From Cetorhinus maximus (Eukaryota), in the NCBI RefSeq assembly GCF_964194155.1, contig NC_135884.1, positions 32,054,001-32,118,000 of the forward strand: DNA of 64,000 bases. The letters are read 5' to 3'. Both the position numbers and the translations under genes were made by a program. Each line of letters begins with the position of its first letter. Positions within the stretch are counted from its first letter, which is position 1. The notes under the pieces were generated by a model. The model was given only the letters and a program-made list of their open reading frames with translations. It did no database searches and had not been told where the DNA came from. Below are positions 24,201 through 36,410 of this stretch, piece by piece.

Positions 24201-25596
24201 GAAAATGATGAGCACGTCTCAGTTCCACAGGAACTTGTTTTACTGTCAAATTTCTTGGATTCCTCATTGGTATGTGCTCGACAGATCAGAGACTAAACAA
24301 GTTAGGACCCAGTCCTATCTCAAACACAAGGCCAATGCTACATGGTTGGTCACAGGAGCCCGTATCTGACTAAATGAAACCGTATTTCATTGGAGACATG
24401 AAAAATGCCAGGCAGGATGGCATCTTATTGTGAAGAGCACAAGTGATAGTTCCTCCAAAGGGAAGGGAGCCACTTTTAATTGAACTACACATTGCCCATC
24501 CAGGAATGTCCCAAATGAAGACCATAGCACGCAGCTATCTATGGTGGCCTGGTATGGATGGCGAAATAGAGAGTTTAGTAAAGCACTATGTGCATTGTTA
24601 GCAACTGCAAAGGTTGCCAGTGACAGCTCCATTACACCCATGGGAGTGGCCAGGTAGACCCTGGGTGCGGTTACACATTGGCTATGCTGGACCTTTCCTG
24701 GAAACAATGTTTCTGCTCATTGTTGATGCCTATTCAAAATGGTTGGACATACATGAGATGAAGTCACCAACGTCGGTTGTTACAATAATGCTGAATTTAA
24801 AGGGGGGAGGTGGAAAGGAGTCAGGGAAGCCAAAAAACTAACGACTGGCATAGTCGTGAGAGGAAATTTACCATGGGAGAGCCAGTATACGTGAAGAATT
24901 TTGGGGAAGGACCAAAGTGATTACTGGGTGAAATAAGCGCGGTGACTGGACCTCTATCTTACCACATGGAGGTGGAAGGCCAGATCATTCGTAAACTATT
25001 TAAGAAAGAGAGACACAAATCACCAAGATTTGGTTCCACTAGTGATCATGACCAGGTCTGCGTTTCCTGTTGAGGATACTCAACCCAGGACTGACGTGTC
25101 TGATGTTCCTGTAAGAGTTGAGGATACAGAACTGAAAGTGCCCACCGAAGCACCTGATGTTCAGGCAACTCTGGAAAACGAGTTTCCGGACAAAGAATCT
25201 GACGCTGTGGAGCTGCGACATTCCACATGTACCAGGAAACCACCTGAAAGACTGAACCTGTAAATTCCTTACCCAGCGTAAATATTATGTTGTCTTGAAA
25301 AACGTGTACTTGTAAATATAATATGGATAGCTGAGTTAAAGGGGGAAGAATGTAGTAATTATGGTTTTATTCAGTGTGAAATGTGCCTTTAAGAAAAATA
25401 CTTGTTATGCAAGAACACATGATCTGTAGTAACCAATAGGAGAGTACCTCAGCAGGCAGTGTAGAGATAGAGTTGGAGTTGAAAGCATGAGTGTAGTTGC
25501 TGCTGAATATATTGTAAATAAACTTAAAGTCTGCTCCCAAGAAGTGTCTGCAGATCAACTCTATCACGAATAGTACAATTCGACCACCCTACAACA
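21245..25596 (+). mobile_element. Gypsy (Mag-like) LTR retrotransposon, decayed, integrase core deleted
   Basis: LTRs 21245-21499 and 25351-25596; TSD CTATT/CTACT; PBS tggcgacgaggat (tRNA-Ser GCT 3' end) at 21503; PPT aaagggggaagaa; gag knuckle CYYCHRNGH, protease VDTGAS, RT WAAPIVP..LPFG..YLDN, RNase H DTS/SDHKPL, INT zinc finger. Confidence 0.95.
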
Positions 25597-26399
25597 CTAC
25601 TGAAAAGGATGGTATCCTCATACCTAATCCTTCTTCTCACATCTCACTTCCCCTCATCCCACAATCTCTTCTGATTTAGAAGCTGCAGATGATATAAGTA
25701 TGTGCCTCTTACTTCTCCCTACCCTTCCCTCCATTGCGGCACAAGCAGAAGCCACCAAATGTCTGGGTTTTATAGTGGAAGCTCAGACTGCTGCAGTGGA
25801 AGCTGAGACTGCTGACATCATGGCTGTGGAAATCAGTGTTCAAAAGGGGCTTCCAGTGTATCACAGTAGTTCAGCAATCTGTCTTCCAAGAGGTGACTAA
25901 AATTGTTGATGCGCTGCCCCAGGAGAATAGCAGGGGCTTTGTGCAGTATCATCCATTGTCCTCTCCAAGGATAACAGCATTCACCCTCCCACTACTGTTT
26001 CTCTGCCAATACCCTTGCTGCTTTTGATTAGCTAGCCTGCAGACCACTGCTGCACATGCCAAGATCGTGTAGTTCAATCAGCTGCTCAAGGATATTCTCC
26101 AAGTTCATCTACAGTCTCCTTGATTGAAAGTCAGGCAGCTTCCCAGCAACCACTCTGCAGCCACTGGGCTAACAGTGCACAATAACACTCAGACAGGCAC
26201 TAATAGAAGGATGATAGGATGACATTTGTATGTTAAATAGCATGTTTTGTTTTATAAATTTGGTTTGGAATGTTTATTTCGTATTGTGATTAAGCAGATG
26301 TGGTGATGGTCAGTAATAGAGAGAAGGATAAATTGTGGGACTATTAGTGAAAAGGAAACTGGGGTTGTGTTTACTGGTATTACAGTCAAGTGAGTCATT

Positions 26400-27250
26400 C
26401 ACGGGCATCACGGCCAGAGTGGGGCTGTTTCAGTTGCGTCCTCCTTTCTTCTTCCTCCTCAGCTGCTCACTGAATAGCTGGTAGCAGGACTGTGCCTTAT
26501 ACAGCAGGCCACCACGAATCTCGACACATAGTCTGCAAGTACAGGAGGCCTCCTTCAGAACAGTCCAGGCTGCGGATTCTGGCAGAGAAACGGTAGTGGG
26601 AGGGTGAATACTGTCATCCTTGGAGAGGGCAATGGATCATGCTGCACAAAGCCCCTGATGTTCCCCTGGGCCAGCACATCAACAATTTTAGTCACCTCTT
26701 TAGTGATAACTTTAGTCGCACAGTAGCCACCCTTTGGTTTATCGTAGTGGCTCAAATGTAGGTGGCATAGCAGACTGTCACAGAATGAAGGCATTATGAT
26801 TGCTCCAGGATACCAGGCACTGATCTGCAAGATTTGCTGTATATGGTCACATGCCAGCTGGATGTGAGGGAGTGGAATCCCTTACTGTTGTGGTACAGCT
26901 CAAAGTTGACATGCAGCACCCACAGAGCAATGCACATGCAAACAGTGGCACCCTACATCATGGGAAGGCCTGCAATATTCGCAAAGCCATGTGCTCACTT
27001 TGCCTGCTTCTCTCTGGCAAAACAGAAGAAAATGTAGTCAGCTCTCTTTGAACAGAGCACGTCAATGACCTCCTTTATGCAACAGTGAAAAGCAATCTGC
27101 ATGATGTTATAAATATTGTCTGCTCCAGACTGCAAGGAGCCCAGTACATACAAGTTGATGGCCACAATCACCTTCATAGCCACTAGCAAAGTGATTCTTG
27201 CCCTGCTCTTTGCAGCAACAGGTGGTAGATTTCTGGGAGGATGTCCTTAA
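26400..27250 (-). pseudogene. Harbinger (HARBI1-like) transposase remnant
   Basis: VAMKVIVAINLYVLGSLQSGADNIYNIMQIAFHCCIKEVIDVL; GFHSL..QL; ISAWYPG (ARYPG motif); many disablements. Confidence 0.85.
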
Positions 27251-27424
27251 TGAAGCACATATTTCGCGCTGCACAGATATTGCCTCCTGCCGAGAGCCCT
27301 CCTCCCCCCCTCTTCTAGCAGATTGCTCTGCTGCGTGCCCTCTGCTAATTCACACATACTGTATCCTGGGAGCAACTGGTTTGTGCGTAAGCCTTGAAGT
27401 CAGGGCCAACTTTTTAAACAGCAT

Positions 27425-27560
27425 AATAAAAGCATAATGCTGCGGATGCTGGAGATCTGAAATAAAAACAGAAAGAGCTGGAAAAACTCAGCAGGTCTGG
27501 CAGCATCTGTGGAAAGAGAAACAAAGTTAATGCTTCAAGTCCAATATGATTCTTCTTCAC
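27425..27560 (-). repeat. Second copy of the Penelope-associated pLTR-type repeat; hammerhead degenerate
   Basis: Aligns with 5581-5679; core boxes mutated (gtgaaga..gaag). Confidence 0.7.
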
Positions 27561-28643
27561 AACATTTTTAACACCTGCCATATTATTGCCTATAAACTTC
27601 TGCAACTTAAAATAACTCTAGAAAGCACTAAAGACTTGTAGAAATGTAGAAACACCAGAAAAAAAAACCCAGAAACTAACCTCAAGTTAATTGATTATTC
27701 CTTTTAAATAGTGATGGTATGGGGATACTTCCTGGTTGCTGAATGTGCGGTCAGCCGTGCATGGTCAAGAAGAGGCATTAGCTGAAGCATTGAGCTCCAA
27801 AATGGCAGTGCTGCACTGCACTGCACAGGAAAGTCAGTGTTTCATGCTGATTGACATCATAACCTTCCTACTCTGCATACCTCTGGTAGACGCTCACTAC
27901 GTGCAAACTAACACCCTTACCATTTTGGCATCCCAGCGCAACTCGCACCAGAGTGTGGATGAGTGCTCCACTGGCACCATTTTGCATCTCTAAGGTCTCT
28001 CGTAGCAACCAAAAAACAGGCATTATGCACCTGAATTTTGCGCTGGCAGTCTTCCCTGATATTACAAATTCTTGATTTCAGCTGTTGGGAAGATGTGCAG
28101 GGTTAAGTCATTTGTCTATCAGCTGAAGTAGAAAATTGAAGGGCAAGGCAGCAAGAGGATCTTTCATGAACCTTAAGGCAGTTAAGTAAAAAAAAAATAC
28201 TGATGCTTGGAAAGCATATCACCCGCCTGTCATGTGTATTGAGCACCAGGACAGAAGAGAGGCAAACATGTTGTAGAAGAGAGAAAACCATAGTCAGGAT
28301 ATGAATATGAGGAAAAAAATAACAACTAGAAATTGTTGAATTTTTAGAGTGGTTTTGTTTAATTTTTTTTAATAGTGACACTTTTTAAAGAGACACAATG
28401 CAGCAACTGTTTGGATGTTTGAAAGTGCTGTTAATTATTATCAACAGTATGTATTTGCTGAAATACTTGCATAATTGTTTTTGAAGTGAAAAAGTAATTA
28501 TAAGATAGAAAATGGAAGTTTGTTAATGATGGAGGTGAAATTTTATAAATATATATTTCAATGCGCTGAGATTTCAGGTTTTTCCCGTTGTTCAGTTCAC
28601 TGAATGCTTAAAAGGCGTTGTTTAAAGAAATGAAGTACTACAC

Positions 28644-28839
28644 CTGGCCATTAAATCTTTCGTATATTTGCTAAAATTACAGATTGCTCTACTGTCCAAA
28701 TCCTTCAGTCGCAATTGGTTATTTTTTTTTGAAGAAAGCAGGAGGAAAACAAGGCGTGAGAAGTGCATCAACATGTTTAAACTACTGGAGGAGATATCAG
28801 TGGTGGCTGAAGTGTGCAAATGTAACTTTTATTAACAGC
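28644..28839 (-). pseudogene. Candidate exon, frameshifted (AVNKSYICTLQPPLISPPVV / FKHVDALLTPCFPPAFF / ..KDLDSRAICNFSKYTKDLMA)
   Basis: Acceptor tttttttgactttcatag, phase 0 fits the preceding exon; weak donor gtgtag; no single open frame. Confidence 0.45.
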
Positions 28840-29856
28840 CTATGAAAGTCAAAAAAATAAAGCACACTCCTTTCCACTATGGTTAAAAGATTTATGTCTT
28901 ACAAGCCCACATGTGGGAAATGTTATCATTTATCTCACAATACACAATCTACTGCATGTGGTTTAGGATTTTTATAATAGAACTATTCTAAAATCTCAGA
29001 CATTAAGTCTTAAGTAGTTAAACAAAAGAAAGCCAGTGTTTTGGTGTTCAACCGGAAAAAAAGAATTTTGCCAGCTTGTTTTTGAAACCTTTGTTACGTG
29101 CTAAGAAGAACAGGTGACTTTTCTGCCTAACTTGTTGTTCCATCAATCATAATCTGATCACTTGGCTTTCTCCGCCAGGTTGGTCATAGAAAACATTATC
29201 AGCACTCAGTTCACAGAACAAACAACAGAAATATGAGGAGACATTAAAAGATAATCAGAAGAGTATCCAGTAAACAAGTCATGAGGCCAGCACCCTCACC
29301 CCTCAACAATGAAAACTCTCAACAGATCATGGTCACAAATTTGTACGTGGCTTGATTAAAGAAAACAAATTAGGTTAATATCCAGCTGTAGATTATTTCA
29401 GTAAAATCTGGCAAGAGAATGTAAGAATACTTGGATATTGTGATAAGCTAAGTACTTAAAATATTTACAACACATAAGAAACCCCCATAACAAGTTCTGC
29501 ATGTGCATCTAGCACCAGGAATCTAGCAAATCAAAACTCGTGCTTGCCGAACCATCTTTGAGGATGCATAAAGCACAAATTTCAACACAGCTTATGTTGG
29601 TATTCAAAGAAATAATGTTATCTCATAATATTGCTTTGAAAAATCTGATTGATGATCTGAAGCGCTGACTTTCCAGTGCAATTTGTACTAACAAATTTTG
29701 TGTAACGTGACATACATCGCCATACAACTGTGATGGCTGTTAGTGAGTTAGAGGTAATTCAATGAAGCCATAACTGTCTAGCGCACATGACCGCATCTCT
29801 TTGCTCGCCACTTATAACTCTTAGTTACAATTTGAAAAAGTTTACTTGCTACTCAC

Positions 29857-29948
29857 GAAGATTTCTGTGACTTAACCCTTTTTATGATATTTCAGCCATA
29901 TCTTCCGATCCTGGCTGAGATTGGGATTAAAATATCGCCTCATGATTT
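29857..29948 (-). pseudogene. 3' half of the CR1-split exon (IMRRYFNPNLSQDRKIWLKYHKKG*VTEIF)
   Basis: Donor TTC|gtgagt at 29856; joins in frame to 33299-33267 when the CR1 is removed; one in-frame TAA. Confidence 0.55.
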
Positions 29949-32900
29949 ATGACATAGGTAGAAAGAGGGATGAGGTCTTGCATCAAGAATTCAGGGAGTT
30001 AGGCAGTAGACTAAAAAGCAAGGCCTCTCGGGTTGTAATCTCTGGATTACTCCCAGTGCCACATGCTAGCGAGCTCAGAAATAGGAGAATAGCGCAGATG
30101 AATACGTGGTTTAAGAGTTGGTGCAGGAGGGAGGGTTTTAGATTCCTGGATCACTGGGACCGTTTCTGGGAAAGGTGGGACCTGTACAAGCGGGACGGTC
30201 TACATCTGAACCAGAGCGGGACTAACATCCTTGCGGGCGGGTTTGCTAGTGCTGTTGGGAGGAGTTTAAATTACTTCGGCAGGGGGAGGGGACACAGATT
30301 GTAAGCAGAATAGGGGCACATCATAATACAGTAAAACAATCAAGTCAGAGGGAGTACAGCTGCAATAAGCTTCAAGGGAATAATGCAAGGCTGGATGGCC
30401 TCTACTTAAATGCCATGAGTATTACAGGTAAGACAGATGAGTTAAGGGTGAGGATTGACACGTGGAATTGTGACATAGTAGCCATCACAGAGACATGGTT
30501 GAGGGAAGGACAGGATTGGCAGCTCAACATTCCGGGATGTACAGTCTTCAGGCGAGACAGGGGAGTGAGTAAAAGAGGAGGAGGCATTGCATTATTAGTT
30601 AAGGAGTCAGTTACTGCAGTAAGGAGAGATGATATCTTGGAGGGGGCAATGAATGAAGCTTTGTGGGTAGAGTTTAGGAATAAAAAAAGGGGCAACCACA
30701 TTATTAGGTGTTTATTATAGACCCCCAGATAGTTAGCGGGAAATTGAGGAGCAAATATGTGCACAATTTGTGGAGGTGTGTAAAAACAATAACAATAAGG
30801 TAATTATATTAGGTGATTTCAACTTTCCCAACATTAATTGGGATAGACATAGTGTCTTGGATGGAGTGGATTTCTTGAAATGTGCACAAGAGAACATTTT
30901 AGGTCAATATGTAGAGGGTCCAAAAAGGGGCAGTACATCGCTGGACCTAATTTTGGGGAATGAAGCCAGACAGGTGGCTGAGGTGGTGGTGGGTGAGCAT
31001 TTTAGTGATAGCGATCACAACATGGTACAGTTTAAGTTTGTTATGGACAAAGAAATCAACAAGTTGCAAAAAAATGTTTTGGATTGGGGGAGAGTGGATT
31101 TTAGTAAAATAAGGCAGGATCTGGCCAAGGTAGACTGGGAACCGTTACTTGTGGGGAAATATACAGAGGAACAGTGGGAGTGTTCAAAAAGGAAATGGGG
31201 AGGGTACAGGCTCAACATGTTTCCTCTAGGGTGATAGGAAGGAGTAACAAGCCCAGAGAACCATGAATGGCCAGAGATATTCAGGTTACGATGAGAAGGA
31301 AAAGAGAGGCTTTTAGCAGGTACAAGGGGAGCAAATCAGCAGAGGCATTAGTGGAGTACAGAAAGTGCAGGGTGGAGCTTAAGAAAGCAATTAGGAGAGC
31401 AAAGAGGGGATATGAGAAAGCTCTGGCTGGTAAAAGTAGGGAAAATCCCAAGATATTCTATAAGTATATCAATGGGAAGAGGATAACCAGTGAAAGAGTA
31501 GGGCCCATTAGGGACCAAGGGGGTAATCTATGGGTGGAGCCAGAGGACATCACTAGAGTGTTGAATGAATACTTCACATCCGTCTTCACCCAAGAGAATG
31601 AGGATGAAGGTATTGAACTCGGGGAGAGAGACTGTGAGGTTCTTAAGCAAATTGATATAGGGAGTGACAAGGTATTGGAGGCGTTGGCAGGCATAAAAGT
31701 GGACAAATCTCCAGGTCCGGATGATTTGTGTCCCAGATTGCTGAGGGAGGCAAGGGAGGAGATCGCAGGGGCTCTGACCCAAATTTTTAATTCCTCTTTG
31801 GCCACAGTGGGGGTGCCAGAGGACTGGAGAACAGCTAATGTGGTTCCACTATTTAAGAAGGGTTGTAAAGATAAGCCAGGGAACTGCAGGCCAGCGAGTC
31901 TCACGTCAGTGGTAGGGAAACTATTGGAGAAAGTTCTGAAGGAGAGAATCTATCTCCACTTGGAGAGACCAGGTTTGATTAGGGATAGTCAGCATGGCTT
32001 TGTCAGAGGGATGCCTAACAAATTTGATTGAATTTTTTGAGGATGTGACTAGGTGTGTAGACGAGGGTAGTGCAGTTGATGTAGTTTATATGGATTTCAG
32101 CAAAGCCTTTGACACAGTCCCACATGGGAGACTTATAAAAAAGGCAAATGTACATGGGATACAGGGGAATTTGGTAAGGTGGATTCAAAATTGGCTTAGT
32201 TGTTGGAGGCAGAGGGTGATGACAGAAGGATGCTTTAGTGACTGGAAGCCGATGTCCAGTGGCATACCACAGGGATCTGTGCTAGGTCCCCTATTATTTG
32301 TCATCTATATAAACGACATAGATGACTATGTGGAGGGTAGGATTAGTAAGTTTGCGGATGACACAAAGATTGGCTGGGTGGTTAACAGTGAGGTTGAGTG
32401 TCTTGGGCTCCAGGAAGATATAGATGGGATGGACAAAAGGGCAGATAAGTGGCAGATGGAATTTAACCCTGAAAAATGTGAGGTGATACACTTTGGAAGG
32501 AGTAATTTGTCAAGGAAGTATTCAATGAACGGCATGGCACTAGGAAATTCTGAGGAACAAAGGGACCTTGGCATGTGTGTCCATAGATCTCTGAAGGCAG
32601 AGGGGCACGTTAGTGTGGTGGCGAAAAAGGCATATGGGACACTTGCCTTTATCAATCGAGGCATAGATTACAAAAGTAGGGAGGTCATGTTGGAGTTGTA
32701 TAGAACCTTGGTGAGGCTACAGCTGGAGTACTGTGTGCAGGTCTGGTTGCCACATTACAGGGAGGATGTGATTGCACTGGAGAGGGTGCAGAGGAGATTC
32801 ACCAGGATGTTGCCTGGGATGAAACATTTAAGTTATGAAGAGAGGTTGGATAGACTTGGGTTGTTTTCGTTGGAGCAGAGAAGACTGAGGGGCGACCTGA

Positions 32901-33266
32901 TCGAGGTGTACAAGATTATGAGGGGCATGGACAGGGTGGACAGGGAGCAGCTGTTCCCCTTAGTTGAAGGGTCAGTCACAAGGGGGCATAAGTTCAAGGT
33001 GAGGGGCAGGAGGTTTAGGGGGGGATGTGCGGAAAAACATTTTTACCCAGAGGGTGGTGATGGTCTGGAATGCACTGCCTGGGAGGGTGGTGGAGGCGGG
33101 TTGCCTCACATCCTTTAAAAAGTACCTGGATGAGCACTTGGCATGTCATAACATTCAAGACTATGGGCCAAGTGCTGGTAAATGGGATTAGGTAGGTAGG
33201 TCAGGTGTTTTTCACGTGTCAGTGCAGACTCGATGGGCCGAAGGGCCTCTTCTGCACTGTGATTCT
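29949..33266 (+). mobile_element. Relatively young CR1 LINE: ORF1 SGNH-esterase 3' part plus APE endonuclease and RT ORF2 (frameshifted)
   Basis: ORF1 VVISGLLPV..DGLHLN; APE AITETW, GDFNFP, LDLIL, SDH; RT YMDFSKAFD, QGSVLGP, KFADD; 3' gatgggccgaagggcct..tgattct tail. Confidence 0.97.
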
Positions 33267-33299
33267 GAGTTGAAGTTAAATTGTTTTGTATAGCACAGA
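33267..33299 (-). pseudogene. 5' half of the CR1-split exon ((V)CAIQNNLTST)
   Basis: Acceptor taattctatag, phase 1 matches upstream exon. Confidence 0.5.
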
Positions 33300-33491
33300 C
33301 TATAGAATTACAAGCATTTTTGACAGTGAATTACTTAGAAATAAAATATATGAAGGCAACATTTTCTCTTCTGGCCTTATTATTACAGAGATTATTTTCT
33401 GCTTTACTTGGGGGAGGAGAGTTTATCAAATGAAATATTTCCATGGAATTTGGCTGAATGACTGAAGAACGTTAAAGAATTTGCACTTTGC

Positions 33492-33662
33492 CTTGAATAA
33501 AAGCATTTTCTGGTAGGTGAATTGTTGACCGCAGACAAGTCCATGGCCTCCAAAACTGTGCCTGCCACTCATGGCAATGAAATATGGCCCAAGGTAAACC
33601 CATGAGGATTTTTTCTCCCTTCTGATTGTCAGACAGTGCATATCCACTTGTTAATGCCCCAA
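33492..33662 (-). pseudogene. Candidate exon (VGALTSGYALSDNQKGEKILMGLPWAIFHCHEWQAQFWRPWTCLRSTIHLPENAFIQ)
   Basis: Acceptor ttatttactcgtcag, 171 nt open, phase 1>1, GC donor AAG|gcaaag. Confidence 0.65.
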
Positions 33663-34914
33663 CTGACGAGTAAATAATAATTATGTTTGTTGTTATGTAA
33701 CTTTTCAAATATTTTTTTTGAAATATACATTTGTAAGTTTTTTAGGTTGTCCATTCCTGACAGGCAGTCTCACGGACTTTAGACATTATGCTTGGTTAGG
33801 TACAGTGCTTTGCACGCTGTTATGGGCATGATGCCAGGCTGCAGGGGACTAGAATGCACAAATGGAATTCCCCACACTAATGAGGATTTAGGCTGGTAGC
33901 CCTGGCAGAAGAAGTGTTTGCTTTTTTTTAAAACATTAAGTGTGATGTGCTTAGCTCTTAGAGGTTAGTAGCTGAATCACTGTTAGTGACTCAAATGATG
34001 GAAGAAGGAATAAGACACTGGGGCCGGATGGTTTGCATCCACACATTAAAAGAAGCTAGGGAAGACAGCAGAGGCACTATTAGAAAGATATAAAAGATCA
34101 TTAGAAAAGAAAATTGTGTCAGAGGACTATCAGACAGCTAATATGATTCCCATATTTGGAAAAGGAGAACGAACAAGTTCAGGGAACTATTGACCAATTA
34201 GGTTAAAGTAGGTGGTATGAAAGATAATGGCATCCTTACTCAAAGATGTAATTTAAAGAATCTAGAAACAAAAAATTATAGTTATCTGTATGGATTCCAA
34301 GGGGAAGGTCACATTTGACCAAACTTACTAAATTCTTTGAAAGAGTAATAGAAAGGGTAGATAAGGATAATGCAGTAGGCCGGATATATTTGGATTTTCG
34401 CAAGGATTTTGATAAGGTGCTGAATGGTAGGCTCATGACTAAGATCAGGACATGTTGAGTCAGGGGCAAGTAGCGAAATGTAACAAGCTGGCTACAAAAC
34501 AGGAAATCAGGCTATAGGGGTTAAAGGAAGTTACTCAGGCTGGCAAAAGGTGGAAGTGATGTGCCACAGGATTAGTACTGGGGCCACTAATGTTCACGAT
34601 TTTCATAAACAATTTGGACTCTGGAATCAGAAGTACAATATGGAAAATTTGTGAATAACTCCAATTTGGGTGATGTAGTTAATATAGAGAAGGATGGCAA
34701 CAAAACACAATAGATTAATATACTTGCAGAATAGGTATGGAATTGGCAAATCAACTTCAATATAGATAATTGTGAGGTATACATTTTGACAGGAAGAATA
34801 CGGATGCCACCTATTCCTTGGAAATTACCGCTCCATCTCCAACTTCCCTGTCCTCTCCAAAGTCCTTGAACACATTGTCAGCTTCCAAATTCATACTCAT
34901 CTTTCTTGGAACCC

Positions 34915-35165
34915 CAGCTTCAAGTTCCCCTCCAAGCCAAATGTCATCCTGACTTGGAACTATATCTCTGCTTCTTCATTGTTGTTGGGTCAAAATCCTG
35001 GTACTCCCTTCAGTAGTGCAAGTACAACTGTGGTTGTACTTACACTACATGGACTGCTGCGGTTCAAGAAGGTGACTCACAACCACTGTCTGAAAGTCAA
35101 ATAGGAATGGGCAATAATTGCTGGCCTAGCCAACGATGCCCACATTCCGTGAAAGAATAAAAAAG
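34915..35165 (+). mobile_element. Family-B LINE 3' end
   Basis: Matches the 3' end of 19575-21060 in the opposite orientation. Confidence 0.8.
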
Positions 35166-35619
35166 AATCCTTCAATCAGGTTTCCACCCCTGCCAAAGTA
35201 CCAAAATACTTCTTATGAAAGTCATAAATTACATCCTGTGTGAACATGACAAAGGCAATCTATTCTTTCTTGTCCTGTATGGAGTCTTTGACTTGGTTGA
35301 CCACATCATGCTCCTCCAAATCCTCTCAACTGTCATCCAGCTGGTTAGGGCTGCATTCTCCTGGTTCCATATTTATCTATCTATCCTTAGCTTGAGTATC
35401 ACCCGAAATGGCTTCGCTTCCTATTCCTGCACCATTATCTCTGGTATTCCCCAAGGATCTACCCTTGGTTCCTTCCTACTTATCATCAATATGCTGTCCC
35501 TCGGCAACATCATCTGAAAACATAATGCTTGTTTTCACATGCAGGCTGACGACACCCAGCTCTACCTCTCCATCACTTTTCTCACTTCTCCACTGTTGCT
35601 AAATTAGGAGTTTTTATTT

Positions 35620-36012
35620 TATTCATTCATGGGATGTGGGTATCATCGGTGAGGCTAGCATTTACTGCCCATCCCTAATTGCCTTTGGGAAGGTGGTGGT
35701 GAGCTGCATTCTTGAACTGCTGTAGCCCATGTGGTGTAGGTACGCCCACTGTGCTGTTAGGGAGGGAGTTCCAGGGTTTTGACCCAGTGACAGTTAAAGA
35801 ACGGCGATATATTTCCAAGTCAGGATGTGTGTGGCTTGGAAGGGAACATCCAGGTAGTGGTGCTCCCATGCATCTGCTGCCATTGTCCATCTAGATGGTA
35901 GCAGTCGTGGGTTTGGAAGGTGTTGCCTAAGGAGGATTGGTGAGTTCCTGCAGCGCTCCTTGTAGATGGTATGCACGCTATCACTGTGTGTCGGTGGTGG
36001 AGGGAGTGAATG
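35620..36012 (-). mobile_element. Family-B LINE 3' end
   Basis: GSKPWNSLPNSTVGVPTPHGLQQFKNAAHHHL plus tail. Confidence 0.85.
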
Positions 36013-36021
36013 ATTGTGGAG

Positions 36022-36410
36022 ATGGTGGTATAGTGGTAATGTCACTGGACTAGTAATCCAGAAGGCCCAAGCTAATGCTCAGAGGACATGGGTTCAAATC
36101 CCACCACGGCAGCTGGTGTAATTTAAATTCAATTAATTAAAAAAATATCTGGAACATAAAGCTACTCTCAGTAATGGTAACCATGTTGACTACCATCGAT
36201 TGTTGTAAAAACCCATCTGGTTCACTAATGCCCTTTAGAGAAGGAAATCTGCCATCCTTACCCGGTCTGGCCTACATGTGACTCCAGACCCACAGCGATA
36301 TGGTTGACTCTTAACTATCCACTGAAATGATCGAGAAGCCACTCAGTTCAAGGGCAATTAAGATGGGCAACAAATGTTGGCTTTGCCAGCAACACAAATA
36401 TCCCTTCAAA
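36022..36410 (+). mobile_element. tRNA-derived SINE with family-B LINE tail
   Basis: A box tggtatagtgg, B box ggttcaaatcc; 3' gggcaattaagatgggcaacaaatgttggc. Confidence 0.8.

Larger units (their letters stand above)
18775..28044. mobile_element. Decayed PIF/Harbinger DNA transposon (Myb/SANT gene +, transposase -) hosting nested insertions
   Basis: Myb/SANT remnant ~19105-19337; HARBI1-like transposase on minus ~26400-27250; TIR-like ends gggttaaattt (18775) and aattttgcgct (28044) are degenerate, so ends are approximate. Confidence 0.75.

Noticed and set aside
31458-32664. Several antisense ORFs over the CR1
   Set aside because: Expected shadow ORFs of LINE ORF2 with no independent evidence
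33560-33600. FHCHEWQA resembling the glycogen/starch synthase HxHEW/HDW motif
   Set aside because: Flanking sequence does not match GT3/GT5 motifs; a short coincidental match
36022-36105. tRNA-like sequence with A and B boxes
   Set aside because: It is a SINE head; no proper cloverleaf and it runs into the SINE body
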